In this document: piece by piece, positions 62,900 to 64,000 of the stretch
Layout of the letters: the number at the start of each line of letters is the position of its first letter
Numbering within the stretch: the stretch's first letter is position 1
DNA from: Chlorobiota bacterium
GTDB lineage: Bacteria > Bacteroidota > Ignavibacteria > OLB7
Direction of reading: 5' to 3'
Assembly (NCBI GenBank): GCA_963711465.1
Contig: CAVQEG010000001.1
Span: forward strand, 1,241,699-1,305,698
Length of the DNA: 64,000 nucleotides
Notes under the pieces: model-generated
What the model was told of the DNA's origin: nothing
Seen by the model: the letters and a program-made list of their open reading frames with translations, nothing else
Databases searched by the model: none
Made by a program: the position numbers and the translations under genes

Positions 62900-64000
62900 C
62901 GTTCCGGTTGGTGTGTGTTCGATGCGCGTGATACGATATCTCCATCGTCGGCGGCTGGCGGCGACTCGGATTCCACCTGCAATGCGAGCAGATCCTCCAG
63001 CGTCTCGCGACGCCGGATCAGCCGTGCCTCGGCGCCGTCGACGAGCACCTCGGCGGTCCGCGGTCGCGAGTTGTAGTTGCTCGACATCGCCCAGCCATAG
63101 GCGCCGGCATTGGCGATGGCGATCACGTCTCCCTCCCGAGTCTCACTCAGCCGCCGGTCGACGCCGAACGTGTCGGTCTCGCAGATGCAGCCGACGACGG
63201 TATAGACGCGCTCGGTGCCATCGCGACGATCGGCATTGGTGATTCCCTGCCAGGCGTCATAGAGCATCGGCCGGATCAGGTGGTTCAGTCCCGTATCGGT
63301 GCCGATGAACACGCACGACGGCGTCTGCTTCAGCACGGTGGCGGTCGCCAGCAGCCACCCGGATTCGCTCACAAGGAATTTGCCCGGTTCGAACCACAAC
63401 TCGAGTTCCCGACCATACCCCGCGCAGAACTGCCGGAAGCGATCCGACATCGCCTCGCCGAGCGCTTCGACGTCGGTGGCGACGTCGTCGACGCGGTAGG
63501 GCACTTTGAAACCGCTGCCGAAGTCGAGGAATTCCAGATCGGAGAAGTCCGCGGCCGCCTCGAAGAGGATCTCCGCACCGGTGAGAAACGTCTGCGCGTC
63601 GAGGATTTCCGATCCCGTGTGCATGTGCAGTCCGACCACACGCAGGCCATAGGCGCGAACGATGCGCTCGACGTGCCGCATCTGGTGAACGGAGATGCCG
63701 AATTTCGAATCGATGTGACCGGTCTGGATATGCGCATTGCCACCGGCGAGTATGTGCGGGTTGATCCTGATCGCACATGGCCTGTCGCCGAAGCGGGCGC
63801 CGTACTGTTCGAGCACCGAGATGTTGTCGATGTTGACCAGCACGCCCAGTTCCACGACGCGCTCGATTTCGGAGAAGGGGACGCAGTTCGGGGTGTAGAG
63901 AATTTCCGAAGCGGGCACACCGCAGTGCAGAGCGATCTCGACCTCGTGGACCGAGACGGCGTCGATTCCGGCGCCGAGGCCATGGATGAGGCGGATGATC
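62896..64000 (-). CDS. lysA: Diaminopimelate decarboxylase (PLP fold-III decarboxylase), 5'-partial; ORF stays open to the window end
   Basis: HIDSKFGI, GLHMHTGS, EPGKFLVSESG and CICETDTFG motifs. The ATGA overlap with the trpS start is present. Confidence 0.7.
   Translation of the reverse strand, partial: IIRLIHGLGAGIDAVSVHEVEIALHCGVPASEILYTPNCVPFSEIERVVELGVLVNIDNISVLEQYGARFGDRPCAIRINPHILAGGNAHIQTGHIDSKFGISVHQMRHVERIVRAYGLRVVGLHMHTGSEILDAQTFLTGAEILFEAAADFSDLEFLDFGSGFKVPYRVDDVATDVEALGEAMSDRFRQFCAGYGRELELWFEPGKFLVSESGWLLATATVLKQTPSCVFIGTDTGLNHLIRPMLYDAWQGITNADRRDGTERVYTVVGCICETDTFGVDRRLSETREGDVIAIANAGAYGWAMSSNYNSRPRTAEVLVDGAEARLIRRRETLEDLLALQVESESPPAADDGDIVSRASNTHQPER

Noticed and set aside
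61997-63076. 359-aa plus-strand ORF
   Set aside because: Antisense to trpS and lysA.

Overview
This is a high-GC (about 65-68%) chromosomal window from a Gram-negative bacterium of the Fibrobacteres-Chlorobi-Bacteroidetes group, probably Bacteroidota or Rhodothermota-like. The sequence itself supports that placement through a PorX-type REC-PglZ response regulator, at least five proteins with type-IX-secretion (T9SS) C-terminal sorting domains, DUF2795 and FmdB proteins, and visible Shine-Dalgarno sites.

Genes are tightly packed, and many use 4-bp ATGA or GTGA stop/start overlaps. About 55 confident CDS are present and fall into four groups:
- Cell envelope: the 3' end of mreC plus mreD, an Omp85-family barrel, DedA, TatC, a GT39-like glycosyltransferase and a MATE exporter.
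- Central metabolism: panCD, accD, glyA, rpiB, purC, lysA, trpS, a polyprenyl synthase, methylmalonyl-CoA epimerase, arginase, a standalone GlmU-like uridyltransferase domain, and SDR and AKR enzymes.
- Translation and RNA housekeeping: rpmB, tsaB, tsaC, tsaE, greA and ygfZ.
- Stress and regulation: pspA, two ECF sigma/anti-sigma pairs and porX.

The accessory, surface-related part lies at 7-27 kb and 32-39 kb. Its most striking feature is an EEP-like (endonuclease/exonuclease/phosphatase) domain fused to a C-terminal outer-membrane beta-barrel, which looks like an autotransporter or PlpD-like arrangement but has a degenerate catalytic motif. Alongside it sit tandem-OmpA_C-domain paralogues, one of them translationally coupled to a separate beta-barrel gene (a 'split OmpA'). 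A 1920-aa T9SS adhesin with about 15 Ig-like repeats lies immediately upstream of that barrel-plus-OmpA pair. Other T9SS-targeted proteins include an EEP hydrolase with canonical motifs, a BNR-propeller protein and an FG-GAP protein. The FG-GAP gene is followed by a mini-gene encoding only a signal peptide plus a T9SS C-terminal domain, and then by another beta-barrel outer-membrane protein.

No rRNA, tRNA, CRISPR array, transposase or integrase was recognised. Two unusually long non-coding gaps (38937-39629 and 50353-51271) and a pair of 30-nt imperfect direct repeats (23575-23670) may hide small RNAs or gene remnants. The ctpA gene carries an apparent frameshift near 61488. The six-frame track is full of long antisense ORFs typical of GC-rich DNA, and those were discarded.
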